From assembly GCA_037441385.1 (NCBI GenBank), contig JBBISH010000001.1, positions 64,001-128,000 of the forward strand: a stretch of 64,000 nucleotides of DNA, given 5' to 3'. Made by a program: the position numbers and the translations under genes. The notes under the pieces are model-generated. The model was not told where the DNA came from. It saw only the letters and a program-made list of their open reading frames with translations, and did not search any database. Positions 38,782-48,273 of the stretch are shown piece after piece (within the stretch, counting starts at the first letter, position 1; each line of letters starts with the position of its first letter). The DNA is from Myxococcales bacterium. GTDB lineage: Bacteria > Myxococcota_A > UBA9042.

Positions 38782-39854
38782 GTCCCGACGGCAGCCGCGG
38801 ACCGCCGCCCAACCCGCGCGCCAACCTGTTCTCGACCATGATCGACGCCATGGGCGACGGCATGATGGTTGTGGACGACAAGCTCCGGGTGGTCGTCACC
38901 AACCGCAGCCTGCGCGATACGCTGGTTTGGGCCAGTACCAGCCAAGGGCAGCCGCTGGTCAGCTTGGTCGACGCGCCGCAGTGGGTGGATGCCTGCGCCA
39001 CGGTCTTGGCCGGCGGCGAGCCGCGCACGCTCGAGGTCGTTCACCGCGGCCTCCGCGAACGGCTGCTGGAGGTGCGGGTGGTGCCGCTGCCCGACCACGA
39101 GTACTGGGGGCACCGCGTCCTCTGCGTGGTGCGCGACGTCACCGAGACGCGCGCCGTCGAGCGAATGCTCATGGACTTTATCGCCAACGCCAGCCACGAG
39201 TTGCGCACGCCCACCGCCGCCATCCTGGGCTGGGCCGAGACGCTGGTCGACGCGCCGCCAACCAACCCCGAAAAGCTGGCGCAAATCCACGCGACACTGT
39301 ACCGCCACGCGAGCCGCCTCAAGATTCTGCTGGGCCAGTTGCTCGATCTGTCGCGCTTGGACCAGCACCAGTGGCACCTGCAGAGCAGCGCCATCGACGT
39401 GGCCGCCTTGCTGCACGGGTTGTTAGAGCACTACCGCGACGAGGCCAACGGCGCAGGCCTGACGCTGCAAACCGAGCTAGAGGCCCACCTGCCGCCCGCG
39501 CTGGCCGACCGCGGCGCCCTGGAGATCGCGCTGGGCAATCTGGTGCAAAATGCCATCAAGTACTCGACCTGCGGCGGCAGCGTGACCGTGCGCGCCCGGC
39601 GGAGCCGCGAGCCGAACACCCGCACGCTGCGCATCGAAGTGGTCGACTGCGGAATCGGCATCCCGCCCGACGATCAGCAGCGGGTTTTCGAGCGTTTCTA
39701 TCGCGTGGACAAGGGGCGCTCGCGGCAAGTTGGCGGCGCGGGCCTGGGTCTGTCCATCGTGCAATCGCTGGTGCAACAGCTGGGCGGCCGCCTGGAGCTA
39801 CACAGCGAGATCGGTCAAGGGTCGACCTTCGCCGTGATCCTGCCCATTGGATAG
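38778..39854 (+). CDS. PhoR-like cytoplasmic sensor histidine kinase (PAS-HisKA-HATPase)
   Basis: 'DFIANASHELRTP', 'NLVQNAIKY', 'DCGIGIP', 'FERFYRVDKGRSR..GGAGLGLSIV'; no TM helix. Confidence 0.9.
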   Translation: MSPDGSRGPPPNPRANLFSTMIDAMGDGMMVVDDKLRVVVTNRSLRDTLVWASTSQGQPLVSLVDAPQWVDACATVLAGGEPRTLEVVHRGLRERLLEVRVVPLPDHEYWGHRVLCVVRDVTETRAVERMLMDFIANASHELRTPTAAILGWAETLVDAPPTNPEKLAQIHATLYRHASRLKILLGQLLDLSRLDQHQWHLQSSAIDVAALLHGLLEHYRDEANGAGLTLQTELEAHLPPALADRGALEIALGNLVQNAIKYSTCGGSVTVRARRSREPNTRTLRIEVVDCGIGIPPDDQQRVFERFYRVDKGRSRQVGGAGLGLSIVQSLVQQLGGRLELHSEIGQGSTFAVILPIG

Positions 39855-39860
39855 GGTCGC

Positions 39861-40418
39861 TCAGCCCGCCGTGGCGAAGCGGCTGGTGACGAACTCGGCC
39901 GTCACGCGCACACCGTTGATCACAAAGGCAATGTGGATGTCGCGCAGATCGTAGGTCGTCTGCAATTCGGTCAGGATGGCGTCGCCCTGCTCATCGGTGA
40001 TGGACTCGATGGCCTCCACGTCCTCGTTGATCTTCTTGACCTCTTTTTGCAGGTCGTTGTACAGGCGCCACTCCGCCTCGTCCCAGTTGAAGATCACCAA
40101 CTGGGCCAACAGGCCGTTGCGCTTGCCAAAGATCTCGGCGCGGAACACCTTTTCCAGGTGACCGGCGTCGATCTTTTGCGGACGGTAGCCCTTGAAATGA
40201 CGGAAGAAGACGCCGCGGTCCAGCTTCTCGAGCTCGGCCAAGAAGGTCCGCAGCGGCAAGCGGCGGCAAATGCGCGCAAGTTGCTTGCCCGACAGGCTCT
40301 CTAGCGCGGCAATGGCGTCGCGGTCATCGTCGCGGGCCGCGTCCGTGGCTGCGGTGCCCTGCGCGGGAGTGTCGGTTTCGGCCTGCGCCGGCGCTACTTG
40401 CTCGAGTTCCTGGGTCAT
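39861..40418 (-). CDS. Hypothetical protein (185 aa)
   Basis: ATG at 40418 with a globular-looking, typical-codon ORF; no family assigned. Confidence 0.65.
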   Translation of the reverse strand: MTQELEQVAPAQAETDTPAQGTAATDAARDDDRDAIAALESLSGKQLARICRRLPLRTFLAELEKLDRGVFFRHFKGYRPQKIDAGHLEKVFRAEIFGKRNGLLAQLVIFNWDEAEWRLYNDLQKEVKKINEDVEAIESITDEQGDAILTELQTTYDLRDIHIAFVINGVRVTAEFVTSRFATAG

Positions 40419-40521
40419 CCTAACACCTGTTGCCTTCAGCACGTTGTATTCATCGGGATTTAGCCGCCAAACCGTGCGGTGGCGGCGGGGCGGCGGAGTG
40501 TACGACCACGGCTGGCCGACT

Positions 40522-41298
40522 TCAAGAGTTGCCGGGCAATTTCGGCCGCCGCGACAGCGCGATCCAGACCGCAACCAGCGTCACCGCCAACAGATACCAC
40601 GTCGAGGCATACTCGATGTGCTTGGTCGGCAACGGGTGGATCGGATACTCATAGCCATCGAGCGGCCAGGCCTCTGGATTGACCGGCTGGCCCACCGCCT
40701 GCTCGCCCGCGTCCAGCAGCAGGTCGGGATCCAGATCCGCGACCGTAGCCGAAATCGCCTTGGGATCCGCAATCATCCAAGTCGCCAACCCTTCGTGACT
40801 GCCCAGCGGCTGCTGGCCCGGCGGCGCGTCGCCCACCACCCGAAGCCGGCCGCGAAACAGGTCGGGCGGCTCAGTCGCCAGCTTCTTGCGGAACTCGGGC
40901 AACTTGTCGACAGGAACCCAGCCCAAATTCACCAAGAGCTTGGCGTGCGGCCCCGACGCGACCTGGATCGGCGCAAGCACACCCCAGCCACGCTGACCAA
41001 ACTTGTAGCGCGCGGTCAGCAGGTTGAGGTGCTCCAGGTCCAGCTTGCCGCGCAGAGCCGCCCGGCGAAAATGCAGCTGTTCCAGCCGGTTGGAGCTTCC
41101 CTGCCCTTCACTCAGGCTGGTCACCGGCGGCCGCTCGTCGTGCTGGCGCCGGTACTGCTCGACCCGACCGCTGGTTTCGCCAAAACGGCGCACCTGCCAC
41201 GTGCCCAGGCTGAGCAAAATCCCCAGCATGATCACGGCAATGAGGGTCGGCACCAGCTTGGGCGCAAATACCTTTGGATTGTCTTGCTGTTGCGTCAT
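40522..41298 (-). CDS. SURF1 family cytochrome oxidase biogenesis protein
   Basis: 'LLSLGTWQVRR', 'LLVNLGWVP', 'KHIEYASTWYLLA'. Confidence 0.9.
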   Translation of the reverse strand: MTQQQDNPKVFAPKLVPTLIAVIMLGILLSLGTWQVRRFGETSGRVEQYRRQHDERPPVTSLSEGQGSSNRLEQLHFRRAALRGKLDLEHLNLLTARYKFGQRGWGVLAPIQVASGPHAKLLVNLGWVPVDKLPEFRKKLATEPPDLFRGRLRVVGDAPPGQQPLGSHEGLATWMIADPKAISATVADLDPDLLLDAGEQAVGQPVNPEAWPLDGYEYPIHPLPTKHIEYASTWYLLAVTLVAVWIALSRRPKLPGNS

Positions 41299-41325
41299 GT
41301 TGGCGCCCCGTCCTGGCGGTGTGCT

Positions 41326-41958
41326 CTAGGGCTGCTCGGCCAGACCCCGGGCAGCGGCTTCCAGCGCCTGCATGCCGGCCGCGTCCCGATCGAAAAGCCC
41401 ACGCAGGTGCCCCTGCCGGTCCACCAGCACAAAGCGCAGGCTGTGGGCCGTGTCCAGCGGAGTGGGCGCCAGGATCGCCGTGTGCTCCGAAGGCAGCCCG
41501 GTCACGCGATCCGCGCGGATGATCGGCTGCATGAAGCCCTGCACCACCAGCCGCTCCATGGTCTCGTACTCACCGGTCAGCAGCGACCAAACCCGCGTGT
41601 CGGCGCCATATTTCTGGCCGTAGGCGCGCAGCACCTCGGGCGTGTCGGTCATCGGGTCCACCGAGATGCTGATGATTCGTACCGGTGGCTTGCCCGTGGC
41701 CGGCATCCAGGCCTTCAGGCGATTCTGCAGCTCGGCTGTGGCTTTGGCGAGCGGCGGACACTGGGTGGGGCAAGACGTAAACAAGAAGTTGGCGATCCAG
41801 ACCGTGCCGCGCAGGCTGGTGTCGTCCACGGGCCGGCCGTCTTGATCGGTCATCGCAAAGGCCGGCAGCACGCCCAGGTCTTGCAGGGGCGGCGCGTCGC
41901 GACGGCAAGCCAGCAGCACCACCGTCGTCGCGGCCACGAGCCACGCGCGGCCGGTCAT
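41326..41958 (-). CDS. SCO1/SenC family copper chaperone (lipoprotein)
   Basis: 'FLFTSCPTQCP', 'SISVDPMTDTPEVL', 'HSLRFVLVDRQG'; lipobox LLAC. Confidence 0.93.
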   Translation of the reverse strand: MTGRAWLVAATTVVLLACRRDAPPLQDLGVLPAFAMTDQDGRPVDDTSLRGTVWIANFLFTSCPTQCPPLAKATAELQNRLKAWMPATGKPPVRIISISVDPMTDTPEVLRAYGQKYGADTRVWSLLTGEYETMERLVVQGFMQPIIRADRVTGLPSEHTAILAPTPLDTAHSLRFVLVDRQGHLRGLFDRDAAGMQALEAAARGLAEQP

Positions 41959-43259
41959 GGTGCCCCCGCAGGCGCGGCCAGCCATGGCTGGGCAGGCAAG
42001 GGCCCGGTCAGGCTGGTCAAGAAAGCCACCAGATCTTCAGCATCTACGCTGCCGGGCAGCGGCCGCAGGGTCAGCTCGCGGTGCCCCAGCTGCGCCTTGC
42101 CAGGCAAGGTGCGATAGAAATCGACCACATCACGCAAGGTTGCCGCCTGTCCCGCGTGAAAGTAGGGCGCCGTCATCGCCACATTGCGCAGACTAGGCGT
42201 CTTGAACGCCCCGACAAAGTCGGCAAAGCGCGGATCCAAGAACCGGAGTTCGTCGCATTGCTTGGCATCCGAGTACGCCTCGCCACAGCGGAACGGGTCG
42301 TGCTTGACCTGCCCCGCGCCCAGCGTGCGACCGCCGTCCACTCCGGTCAGAGGTTGGCCTTGATCGTCGTCGCCACCGGGCAGACCCAGGTTGTGGAAGG
42401 TGCGGTCGCTGAAAAGCGGCCCGTTGTGGCAGTTGACGCAGCCTGCGGTGCCGATGAACGCCCGCAGACCGCGCCGCGCAGACTCGCTCAAGTGCCCACC
42501 GCCCGCGGCATCGCCCGCCACCACGGCCTGTACGTAGCGATCGAACGGCGCTGGCTGCGGCTGCAGGTGCCGTTCGTAGGCCTCGATTGCTTTGCCAAAA
42601 TGGGCGAATACGCGGTTCACCGCGTCTTGGTCTGCCGGCTGCATCGCCGCCCAGGCCACCTGCAGCGGGTGCTGCCGGTCCAGATCCACTGGCATGGCGT
42701 GGGGCGGAAAGCGCTGCAGATCGGCCAAATTCGGCATCGGGCCAAACAGCTGCTCGTAGGGCTGCCGATAGCGATCGTACAGGGCGTGCGCCAGTGCCAG
42801 ACGATCCAGCCCGTGCTCGTTCGCGGCTTCAACGGGCCCCAGCGCCTGCGACCACGCGCTGTCTTTGCGGCCGTCCAAGAACAAAAACGGGAACCAGCCC
42901 GCACCGATCACGGTGGGCGCGTTGCGCTTGGTCGCTCCCACCCCTTGGGCCTGCCGTCGACCGTCCGTAAAATACTTTTGCGGCTCGTGGCAGGTCGCGC
43001 ATGCCACCTTGCCGTTGCTAGAAAGGGCCTTGTCAAAGAACAGAGCTTGCCCCAGCTTGGCGGCGTTCGGCTCATCGGCCCAGCGATTGCCAGGACTTGC
43101 GGGCAGTTTGTTGACCAGCGCCAGGCTCGCCAGTATGCGCAGCTCTGCCGGAGTCCACGGGCCGTCGCTAGTCCGGCAACCCACGCCCGCCACACCAAGC
43201 AGGCTGGCGACGAGCAGCCACCGCAGCGGCGGCCCCAAACGAAGTCCCAAGCGGTCCAT
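41955..43259 (-). CDS. Diheme cytochrome c peroxidase superfamily protein (MauG/MbnH-like)
   Basis: 'LGQALFFDKALS.NG.VACATCH', 'RNAPT', 'CVNCHNGPLFSD', 'FKTPSLRNVAMTAPYFHAG...VVDFY'. Confidence 0.9.
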   Translation of the reverse strand: MDRLGLRLGPPLRWLLVASLLGVAGVGCRTSDGPWTPAELRILASLALVNKLPASPGNRWADEPNAAKLGQALFFDKALSSNGKVACATCHEPQKYFTDGRRQAQGVGATKRNAPTVIGAGWFPFLFLDGRKDSAWSQALGPVEAANEHGLDRLALAHALYDRYRQPYEQLFGPMPNLADLQRFPPHAMPVDLDRQHPLQVAWAAMQPADQDAVNRVFAHFGKAIEAYERHLQPQPAPFDRYVQAVVAGDAAGGGHLSESARRGLRAFIGTAGCVNCHNGPLFSDRTFHNLGLPGGDDDQGQPLTGVDGGRTLGAGQVKHDPFRCGEAYSDAKQCDELRFLDPRFADFVGAFKTPSLRNVAMTAPYFHAGQAATLRDVVDFYRTLPGKAQLGHRELTLRPLPGSVDAEDLVAFLTSLTGPLPAQPWLAAPAGAP

Positions 43260-43265
43260 GGTGGG

Positions 43266-43811
43266 CTACTGCGCCGCGCCGGCTGGCAATGCCTCGGGCG
43301 GTTGTTCAAAGGGCAACTCGAAGGAATCGCTTTGATCCCCCTCGCGCACCTGCACAGAGAACACCCAGTGGCCCTGCATGTGCAGGCGCATCCCCTGGGT
43401 GCGGAATTGCCCCGGCACCAACTGCGCCGTCTCAGGCTTGGTCATCATGCCATGGTGGTGGGCCGGCATGGTCGCATCCACGATCACGGTGGCGTCGGCA
43501 GCCAGCGGCGCGCCGTCCGAGTGCTGCACCCGCGTCACCGCCGCAAACAGGTCGCCGGTCGACGGCACGGTAAAGGTAAAGGTGCCTTTGTACTTGCCGG
43601 CCTTGCTGGTGCCGCCCAGCTCCATGGCGGTGCCAACGGCCGGTGCCGCATTCGCCGGCGCTTGCGCCTGTGCCGGCGCTGGAGCCAGGGCCGGGGCTGG
43701 AGCCAGGGCCGGGGCTGGAGCCAGGGCCGGAGCCGGAGCGGGGACCGGAGCCGCCTTGCCGCATGCACAAAGCACAACAATTCCAAGCAGTAGAAAATGG
43801 GGGGCATTCAT
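43266..43811 (-). CDS. YtkA/FixH-like His/Met-rich lipoprotein
   Basis: Lipobox LCAC; (APALAP)n linker; 'VDATMPAHHHGM', 'GMRLHMQGHW'. Confidence 0.75.
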   Translation of the reverse strand: MNAPHFLLLGIVVLCACGKAAPVPAPAPALAPAPALAPAPALAPAPAQAQAPANAAPAVGTAMELGGTSKAGKYKGTFTFTVPSTGDLFAAVTRVQHSDGAPLAADATVIVDATMPAHHHGMMTKPETAQLVPGQFRTQGMRLHMQGHWVFSVQVREGDQSDSFELPFEQPPEALPAGAAQ

Positions 43812-44884
43812 GGCGTGGCCTGCTTGGGCGCTGCGGCAAGCGCCGGCTGGTCTTCGTCGAGCATCTCGGTCGCCTGCACCGAGGTCTTGTGGCCGCGCGC
43901 CCGATCGATGGCCTCGATGCCCGTGGTGCCGCGCTTGGGCGTGCCCAAGTTGACCCATTGCCAAAACACGCGGCCCAGACCGAACCACATCAAGCCGCCG
44001 CCCGGCATCCACATGAGCAGGCCGCCGATCTGCTGGTCGCTCATGGCGTCGAGCCCCCAGGCGCGCGGCTGCTTGGCGTAGAAGGTGTACAGCACGTCCG
44101 ACGACATCGAGATGATGAGGCCGAGGATCTTCATGCCGAACATGTTGACGAAAATGAACACCATCCGCCGCGGGTACGAGCGCTTCAGCTCCGGGAGCGG
44201 GGCGATCGCCACGAACCAGAACATCACCGACGTCGTCATGAACAGCAAGTGCTCAAAGACGTGCCAGGGGTGCTGCTCCAGCGCCAGGTTGTAGGCGTCG
44301 GGCCAGTGCCACGCCCAGGTCGCGCCGTTGAAGGCGATCGAGGCCACCAGCGGCCCGGCCGCCCAAGCGCCAAACCGCTTGCAGCCCGGCAGGTTATACA
44401 GCGCCCGCCACAGCCATTCGGGGATGCCGAGGATCATCAGCGGCGCCCAGACCAGCTGCAGCAGCATGTGTTGCAGCATGTGCGCCGAAAACAGCAGCTC
44501 GTCGGCCAAGTGGTGCAACGGCCCATCCAGCGACAGGTACATCAGCAGCAGCGAGCCGTAGAAGCTCTGGACACGCCAAGGTTCGGCCGGTTGGTCCGAG
44601 AGCGCGGCCTTTTTGCGCCACTTGGTGATGGCCCAGGCGTACCATGCGCCAAAGGCCAGCGCACCGATCACAATGCTCTCGTGCACTTCCCACACCAGCC
44701 AGGCGGTCCCGCTCTCGAACGCGAGGGCCGCATTGGGCGAGGTGATGGTGGGATTGCCGGTGTGAGCCAGGGCCGGCCGCGCCAGCCAAGCCAGCGCCGC
44801 GAGGGCAAAAAGGCTCACGCCCGCCCAGACGGTCGCAAGGACTCGCCGGGACGGGCGCAGCGGAACCAAAAAGCTAGGACTCAC
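43808..44884 (-). CDS. ctaG: Cytochrome c oxidase caa3 assembly factor CtaG
   Basis: 'LFSAHMLQHMLL', 'WAWHWP', 'HVFEH', 'DQQIGGLLMWMPG'. Confidence 0.9.
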   Translation of the reverse strand: MSPSFLVPLRPSRRVLATVWAGVSLFALAALAWLARPALAHTGNPTITSPNAALAFESGTAWLVWEVHESIVIGALAFGAWYAWAITKWRKKAALSDQPAEPWRVQSFYGSLLLMYLSLDGPLHHLADELLFSAHMLQHMLLQLVWAPLMILGIPEWLWRALYNLPGCKRFGAWAAGPLVASIAFNGATWAWHWPDAYNLALEQHPWHVFEHLLFMTTSVMFWFVAIAPLPELKRSYPRRMVFIFVNMFGMKILGLIISMSSDVLYTFYAKQPRAWGLDAMSDQQIGGLLMWMPGGGLMWFGLGRVFWQWVNLGTPKRGTTGIEAIDRARGHKTSVQATEMLDEDQPALAAAPKQATP

Positions 44885-44939
44885 GGGAACTTCTTTGGCC
44901 TACGCGACATGGCCGTGGCCTCCGGAGCGCTTCTCTGGC

Positions 44940-45695
44940 TCAGGGCATCTTGTCGCCAACGCAGGGCTGGCCGCCCGCCACGTTGGTGCCCTTCAGGCTC
45001 TTGATGTAGTACATGACCTGGCGAATTTCTTCGCCTTTGAGCTGCCCGGCCCAAGCCGGCATCTTGCCGCCCGCCTGGCCCTTGCCAATGGTCATGTACA
45101 ACTCTTTGAACGAGCCGCCGTACTTGTAGCAGTCGTCGGTCAGGTTCAGACCCAGGTTCGGCATGCCGCCGCCCTGCGGGCCGTGACAAGCGGCGCACTT
45201 CTCGCCAAAGACCTTCTTGCCGTCGGCAAATTCCTTGCCCTTGGCCAGGTCAAAGGCGGCCGCAAACTTGGCGTCGTCCAGCGGCTGCTCAAAGGCCGGG
45301 CCCGTGCTCGCTTCGACAAAGCCAAGGGCCTTGGCCTCGGCCGTCACCGCGTAGCCCGCGCCGAACGGCCGGAACATCACCACCGAAAGTAGCGACAGCA
45401 GCACGAACACCACCGTGGCCAGCATCAGCGGCGACAGGAACAAGAACTGATACACCCGGCGGTCGCCGCGCAGGTGCATGAACTCGCCCACCACCGCGCC
45501 AAACTTGGCAACCGACATGATGATCAGCGCCGGCGCCCACAGCGGCCGGGCCGGCTCCCAGATCTCTGGGTAGTGCTTCAGCATCGGCAGCGCCAGCTCG
45601 ATGGCGGTGATCACGGTGAGGATCGCGCCGATCCGCAGGTAGTGCTTCTTGTGCGAATGCGTCACGCCGGATGTGGCGTCGTGCGCCTGGCTCAT
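44940..45695 (-). CDS. Cytochrome c oxidase subunit IV-like protein fused to a C-terminal class I cytochrome c
   Basis: Three TM helices with 'LTVITAIE...AKFGAVVGEFMHL' (prokaryotic subunit IV pattern), then CAACH and 'NLTDD..KYGG...GKMPAW'. Confidence 0.85.
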   Translation of the reverse strand: MSQAHDATSGVTHSHKKHYLRIGAILTVITAIELALPMLKHYPEIWEPARPLWAPALIIMSVAKFGAVVGEFMHLRGDRRVYQFLFLSPLMLATVVFVLLSLLSVVMFRPFGAGYAVTAEAKALGFVEASTGPAFEQPLDDAKFAAAFDLAKGKEFADGKKVFGEKCAACHGPQGGGMPNLGLNLTDDCYKYGGSFKELYMTIGKGQAGGKMPAWAGQLKGEEIRQVMYYIKSLKGTNVAGGQPCVGDKMP

Positions 45696-46354
45696 TTGAT
45701 GAACTCCAACAGGTAGACGAAGGTGAAGATGACGATCCAGACGATGTCGACGAAGTGCCAGTACAGGCCCGCGGACTCCACGGTGATCGGCGAGCGCTCT
45801 TTGTTCAGCTTGCCGTTGCTGATCATGATCGACAGCATCGTCAACCAGATGACGCCCACGGTCACGTGCGCGCCGTGGAAGCCGGTCATGACAAAGAAGG
45901 TCGAGCCGAACAGCGAGGTCGACAGCTTCAGCCCCTCTTCGACGAACTGCGAGAACTCGTACACCTGGAAGCCGACAAACGTCGCGCCGAGCGCCGCCGT
46001 GGCCAGGATGTAGGTGCGCGCGCTGCTGAGCCGCTTCAACCGCGTCGCGTCCACCGCCAGCGCCATCGTCATCGACGACATCAGCAGCAAGAACGTAGAG
46101 ATCGACGTGATGGCGATCGAGAAAACCTGGTTCGGCAGCGGGCCGGCCAGGCTCTTGCCATGGTAGAAGAAATAGGTGCCGATCAGCGAGCCAAAGAACA
46201 TGCACTCGGACCCCAGGAAGGCCCACATCGCCAGTTTGATGTTGGGCAGGCCCAGGAAGTTGTTCTCGGCGCTCACGTGGCCGTGGTCACCGTGGCCGGC
46301 GTCGTGGCCGGCGTCGGGGAGGTGACCGTCTGCAGTGGCGAGCTCTGCGCTCAT
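45692..46354 (-). CDS. ctaE: Cytochrome c oxidase subunit III
   Basis: 'MWAFLGSECMFF', 'FFVMTGFHGAHV', 'GLYWHFVDIVWIVIF'. Confidence 0.95.
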   Translation of the reverse strand: MSAELATADGHLPDAGHDAGHGDHGHVSAENNFLGLPNIKLAMWAFLGSECMFFGSLIGTYFFYHGKSLAGPLPNQVFSIAITSISTFLLLMSSMTMALAVDATRLKRLSSARTYILATAALGATFVGFQVYEFSQFVEEGLKLSTSLFGSTFFVMTGFHGAHVTVGVIWLTMLSIMISNGKLNKERSPITVESAGLYWHFVDIVWIVIFTFVYLLEFIK

Positions 46355-46399
46355 GAAATCCTCACTTCGAAACAGAAGAAGCTGCGAACAGTTTGCCGA

Positions 46400-48241
46400 C
46401 TACACGGGCTCCGTCACCCACTGGTAGATGCCGACCACCACGGTCAGCGCACCCGCCACCGAGATGAGCCACAGCATGGGCGCCAGGTTGAGCAGCAGCA
46501 GGCCCAGGATGACCAGCAGCGCGCCGCTCGCCACCACCAAGGGCTTCCACGAGTACGAGGGCATGTGGATTTGCTCGGCCTCGTGGGGCACCGGGATCGC
46601 CAGATCCTCGCTGTGCTTGTGGTCAAACAGCGGCCGCTCCGAGAACACGACCGGCGTAAAGTCAAAGTTGTGGGCCGGCGGCGGCGACTCGGTCATCCAC
46701 TCCAGCGTGTTGGCATCCCAAGGATCGCGCCCCGCGGTTTTGCCGTTCTTCATGCTGGTGAAGATGTTGTAGACCATCAGCAGCGTGCCGGCGGCCATGA
46801 AGAACACGCCCACCGTGCCCAGCATGTTGTCGAAATTCCAACCCGCATCGGCCGGGTAGGTAAAGATGCGGCGCGGCATGCCGCGGTTGCCCAGGTCGTG
46901 CATCGGCCAGAACGTGATGTTCATGCCAAGGAGGAACAGCCAGAAGTGGGCCTTGCCCAAGCCTTCACTCAGCATTTTGCCAGTGATCTTGGGGAAGTAG
47001 AAGTAGATGCCCGAGAACAGGCCTTGCAGCGCGCCGCCCACCAGCACGTAGTGAAAGTGCGCGACCACAAAGTACGAGTCGTGCTGCTGCAGGTCCAGCG
47101 GCGCGTTGGCGTGCATGACGCCCGATAGACCGCCAATGGTGAACATCGGGATGAACGAGATCGCAAACAGCATCGGCACGGGGAACGTCAGCTTGCCGCC
47201 CCACAACGTGCCCAGCCAGTTGAAGATCTTTACGCCGGTGGGGATGGCAATCACCGCGGTCGTCGCGGCAAACACCGCGTCGGCGATCGGGCCCATGCCG
47301 GCGGTGAACATGTGGTGACCCCACACGCCAAAGCCCACAAAGCCGATGAAGACGCCCGAGAAAATCACCGCGTGCTGGCCGAACAGCGGCCGGCGAGCAA
47401 ATACCGGCAGAACCTCGGACACGATGCCCATCGAGGGCAGGATCAGCACGTACACCTCGGGGTGACCGAACAGCCAGAACAGGTGCTGCCACAGGTGCGG
47501 GTCGCCGCCCATCGCGCTCTCGTAGAACACGGCGCCAAAGGTGCGATCGAAGGCCAGGAAGATGAGGCCGACGGCCACGGGCGGGAAGGAGAACGCGAGC
47601 AGGAACTGGATGACGAGCATCATCCAGGCGAGCACCGGCACGCGCATCAGGGTCATGCCCGGGGCGCGCATGTTCAAGATGGTGACCACGAAGTTGACGC
47701 CCGCGACCATCGAGCTGATGGCGAGGAGCACGAGGCCGGCCCACCAGAAGTCCATGCCGTCGTTGCCGTAGGCGCGGGTCGACAGCGGGGCATAGCCGGT
47801 CCAACCACCTGCGGGGAAGTGGGCGAACACGATCGAGGCGTTGATGACCAACGAGCCGAACAGGAACGTGTACCACGAGAACGCGTTGAGGCGCGGGAAG
47901 GCGACGTCGCGGGCGCCAATCATCAGCGGCACAAAGTAGTTCGAGAAGCCGGCGATCATCGGCATCACGGCCAAGAACACCATGGTGGTCGCGTGCATCG
48001 TAACCAGGCCATTGTACTGGTTGCCGATGAACAGATCCTGGTCGGGCTTGGCCAACTGCAGGCGGAACAACAGGGCTTCCAGGCCGCCGATGAGCAGCCA
48101 GAACAGACCCGCCGAGCCATACAGGATGCCGATCTTCTTATGATCGACGGTGGTCAGCCAGTCGACAAGGCCAGATTTGGCGGGCCGCTCCTGGTGGTAG
48201 ACCGGGGCTTGGGCCTGGGCGAAATCGGCAACGGATGCCAT
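46400..48241 (-). CDS. ctaD: Cytochrome c oxidase subunit I (A1-type heme-copper oxidase)
   Basis: 'DHKKIG', 'WLFGHPEVY', 'VWGHHMF', 'VVAHFHY', 'GMPRR'. Confidence 0.97.
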   Translation of the reverse strand: MASVADFAQAQAPVYHQERPAKSGLVDWLTTVDHKKIGILYGSAGLFWLLIGGLEALLFRLQLAKPDQDLFIGNQYNGLVTMHATTMVFLAVMPMIAGFSNYFVPLMIGARDVAFPRLNAFSWYTFLFGSLVINASIVFAHFPAGGWTGYAPLSTRAYGNDGMDFWWAGLVLLAISSMVAGVNFVVTILNMRAPGMTLMRVPVLAWMMLVIQFLLAFSFPPVAVGLIFLAFDRTFGAVFYESAMGGDPHLWQHLFWLFGHPEVYVLILPSMGIVSEVLPVFARRPLFGQHAVIFSGVFIGFVGFGVWGHHMFTAGMGPIADAVFAATTAVIAIPTGVKIFNWLGTLWGGKLTFPVPMLFAISFIPMFTIGGLSGVMHANAPLDLQQHDSYFVVAHFHYVLVGGALQGLFSGIYFYFPKITGKMLSEGLGKAHFWLFLLGMNITFWPMHDLGNRGMPRRIFTYPADAGWNFDNMLGTVGVFFMAAGTLLMVYNIFTSMKNGKTAGRDPWDANTLEWMTESPPPAHNFDFTPVVFSERPLFDHKHSEDLAIPVPHEAEQIHMPSYSWKPLVVASGALLVILGLLLLNLAPMLWLISVAGALTVVVGIYQWVTEPV

Positions 48242-48273
48242 AGCGAGCTCCTTATAGAATCGGTACGAACGTG

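Noticed and set aside
38083..39854. Assigning the gene symbols phoB and phoR
   Set aside because: Motifs are PhoB/PhoR-like, but the kinase has no TM helix and I saw no pst, phoU or Pho box.
43676..43730. 18-bp repeats in the YtkA-like gene
   Set aside because: They encode an ordinary Ala/Pro lipoprotein tether.
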